A stretch of 5,449 nt of DNA, from positions 1-5,449 of the forward strand of contig JAEOSI010000159.1 of the NCBI GenBank assembly GCA_016840425.1, given 5' to 3'. Below the pieces are notes generated by a model. The model did no database searches. It was given only the letters and a program-made list of their open reading frames with translations, and was not told the DNA's origin. Below, in pieces: positions 5,085 through 5,449 of the stretch; positions within the stretch are counted from its first letter, which is position 1, and the number at the start of each line of letters is the position of its first letter. Source of the DNA: Candidatus Wukongarchaeum yapensis. GTDB lineage: Archaea; Asgardarchaeota; Wukongarchaeia; Wukongarchaeales; Wukongarchaeaceae. Both the position numbers and the translations under genes were made by a program.

Positions 5085-5219
5085 TTACTTCCATTTATAC
5101 GACCTACAAGCACAAGACAGCCCTGTTCCTAGAGTATGCAGCCCAAGAGCCTGTTTCATTGGAATATAAAAAATGAGATGTTTAAGGCTTGCAGCTCTCA
5201 TCCCCCCTCTTTCGGACAT
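5085..5219 (-). CDS. Possible small protein (44 aa), unverified
   Basis: MSERGGMRAASLKHLIFYIPMKQALGLHTLGTGLSCACRSYKWK; ATG at 5219 preceded by GGAGGGG-AAACCT. No family recognised; it may be spurious. Confidence 0.22.
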   Translation of the reverse strand: MSERGGMRAASLKHLIFYIPMKQALGLHTLGTGLSCACRSYKWK

Positions 5220-5293
5220 AGGTTTCCCCTCCACATGGATAAAAACTTATCTTGCTTTTTTCCTTTATTATGGTCCTAATTTGCTATGAGATC

Positions 5294-5449
5294 TTATGGG
5301 GGGAACATTTCTAAGATCATTTTTATTTCTGCGTATTGATATTTCTCAAAGTTTTTTTCAAGTTCTGGCTTATTGGGTTTAAAAATAGCTAGAGCTTCCT
5401 TGTTTTCCTTTAAAGTGAAATAGGCCGTCTTTCTAACTCGGCGGTTTTG
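5294..5449 (-). CDS. C-terminal 51 aa of an unidentified protein entering from the right edge
   Basis: Open frame from 5449: QNRRVRKTAYFTLKENKEALAIFKPNKPELEKNFEKYQYAEIKMILEMFPP, stop TAA at 5294-5296. The K/E-rich composition resembles the other genes here. Not in the ORF track. Confidence 0.62.
   Translation of the reverse strand, partial: QNRRVRKTAYFTLKENKEALAIFKPNKPELEKNFEKYQYAEIKMILEMFPP

Noticed and set aside
5105-5201. Short imperfect repeats (ACAAG x2, AGCC(C)TGTT x2) and an ATGAGA/TCTCAT stem
   Set aside because: Too short and irregular for a CRISPR array or a real tandem repeat; expected by chance.
5136-5279. 47-aa + strand ORF (MQPKSLFHW...)
   Set aside because: No SD, atypical composition, and it overlaps the minus-strand small ORF in antisense.
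4700-5293. SRP RNA or RNase P RNA
   Set aside because: No SRP helix-8 CAGG-GNRA-AGCA motif (CAGGCTCTTGGGCTGCA on the minus strand does not fit) and no RNase P P4 GAGGAA/GGCT signatures.

Overview
AT-rich archaeal chromosomal window, most likely from an Asgard archaeon (inference: a Rab-like small GTPase, an eL22-like ribosomal protein and a short archaeal-type PurA co-occur). Minus strand, left half: the 5' part of an eL22/L22e-like ribosomal protein gene missed by the ORF track (1-207), purA, and a Rab-like GTPase. Plus strand: a Pol-beta-superfamily nucleotidyltransferase fused to a helical domain, a YdjM-like membrane metal-dependent hydrolase, and a thioredoxin with a charged N-terminal helix. 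A ~590-bp gap with no convincing long ORF (4700-5293) holds a ~60% GC, extensively base-paired ~140-150 nt element I cannot assign to a known RNA family, several inverted repeats and ORB-like motifs. The 3' end of an unidentified minus-strand gene enters from the right edge. No CRISPR array, rRNA, canonical tRNA or transposase was seen. All folds and motifs were found by eye, not computed.
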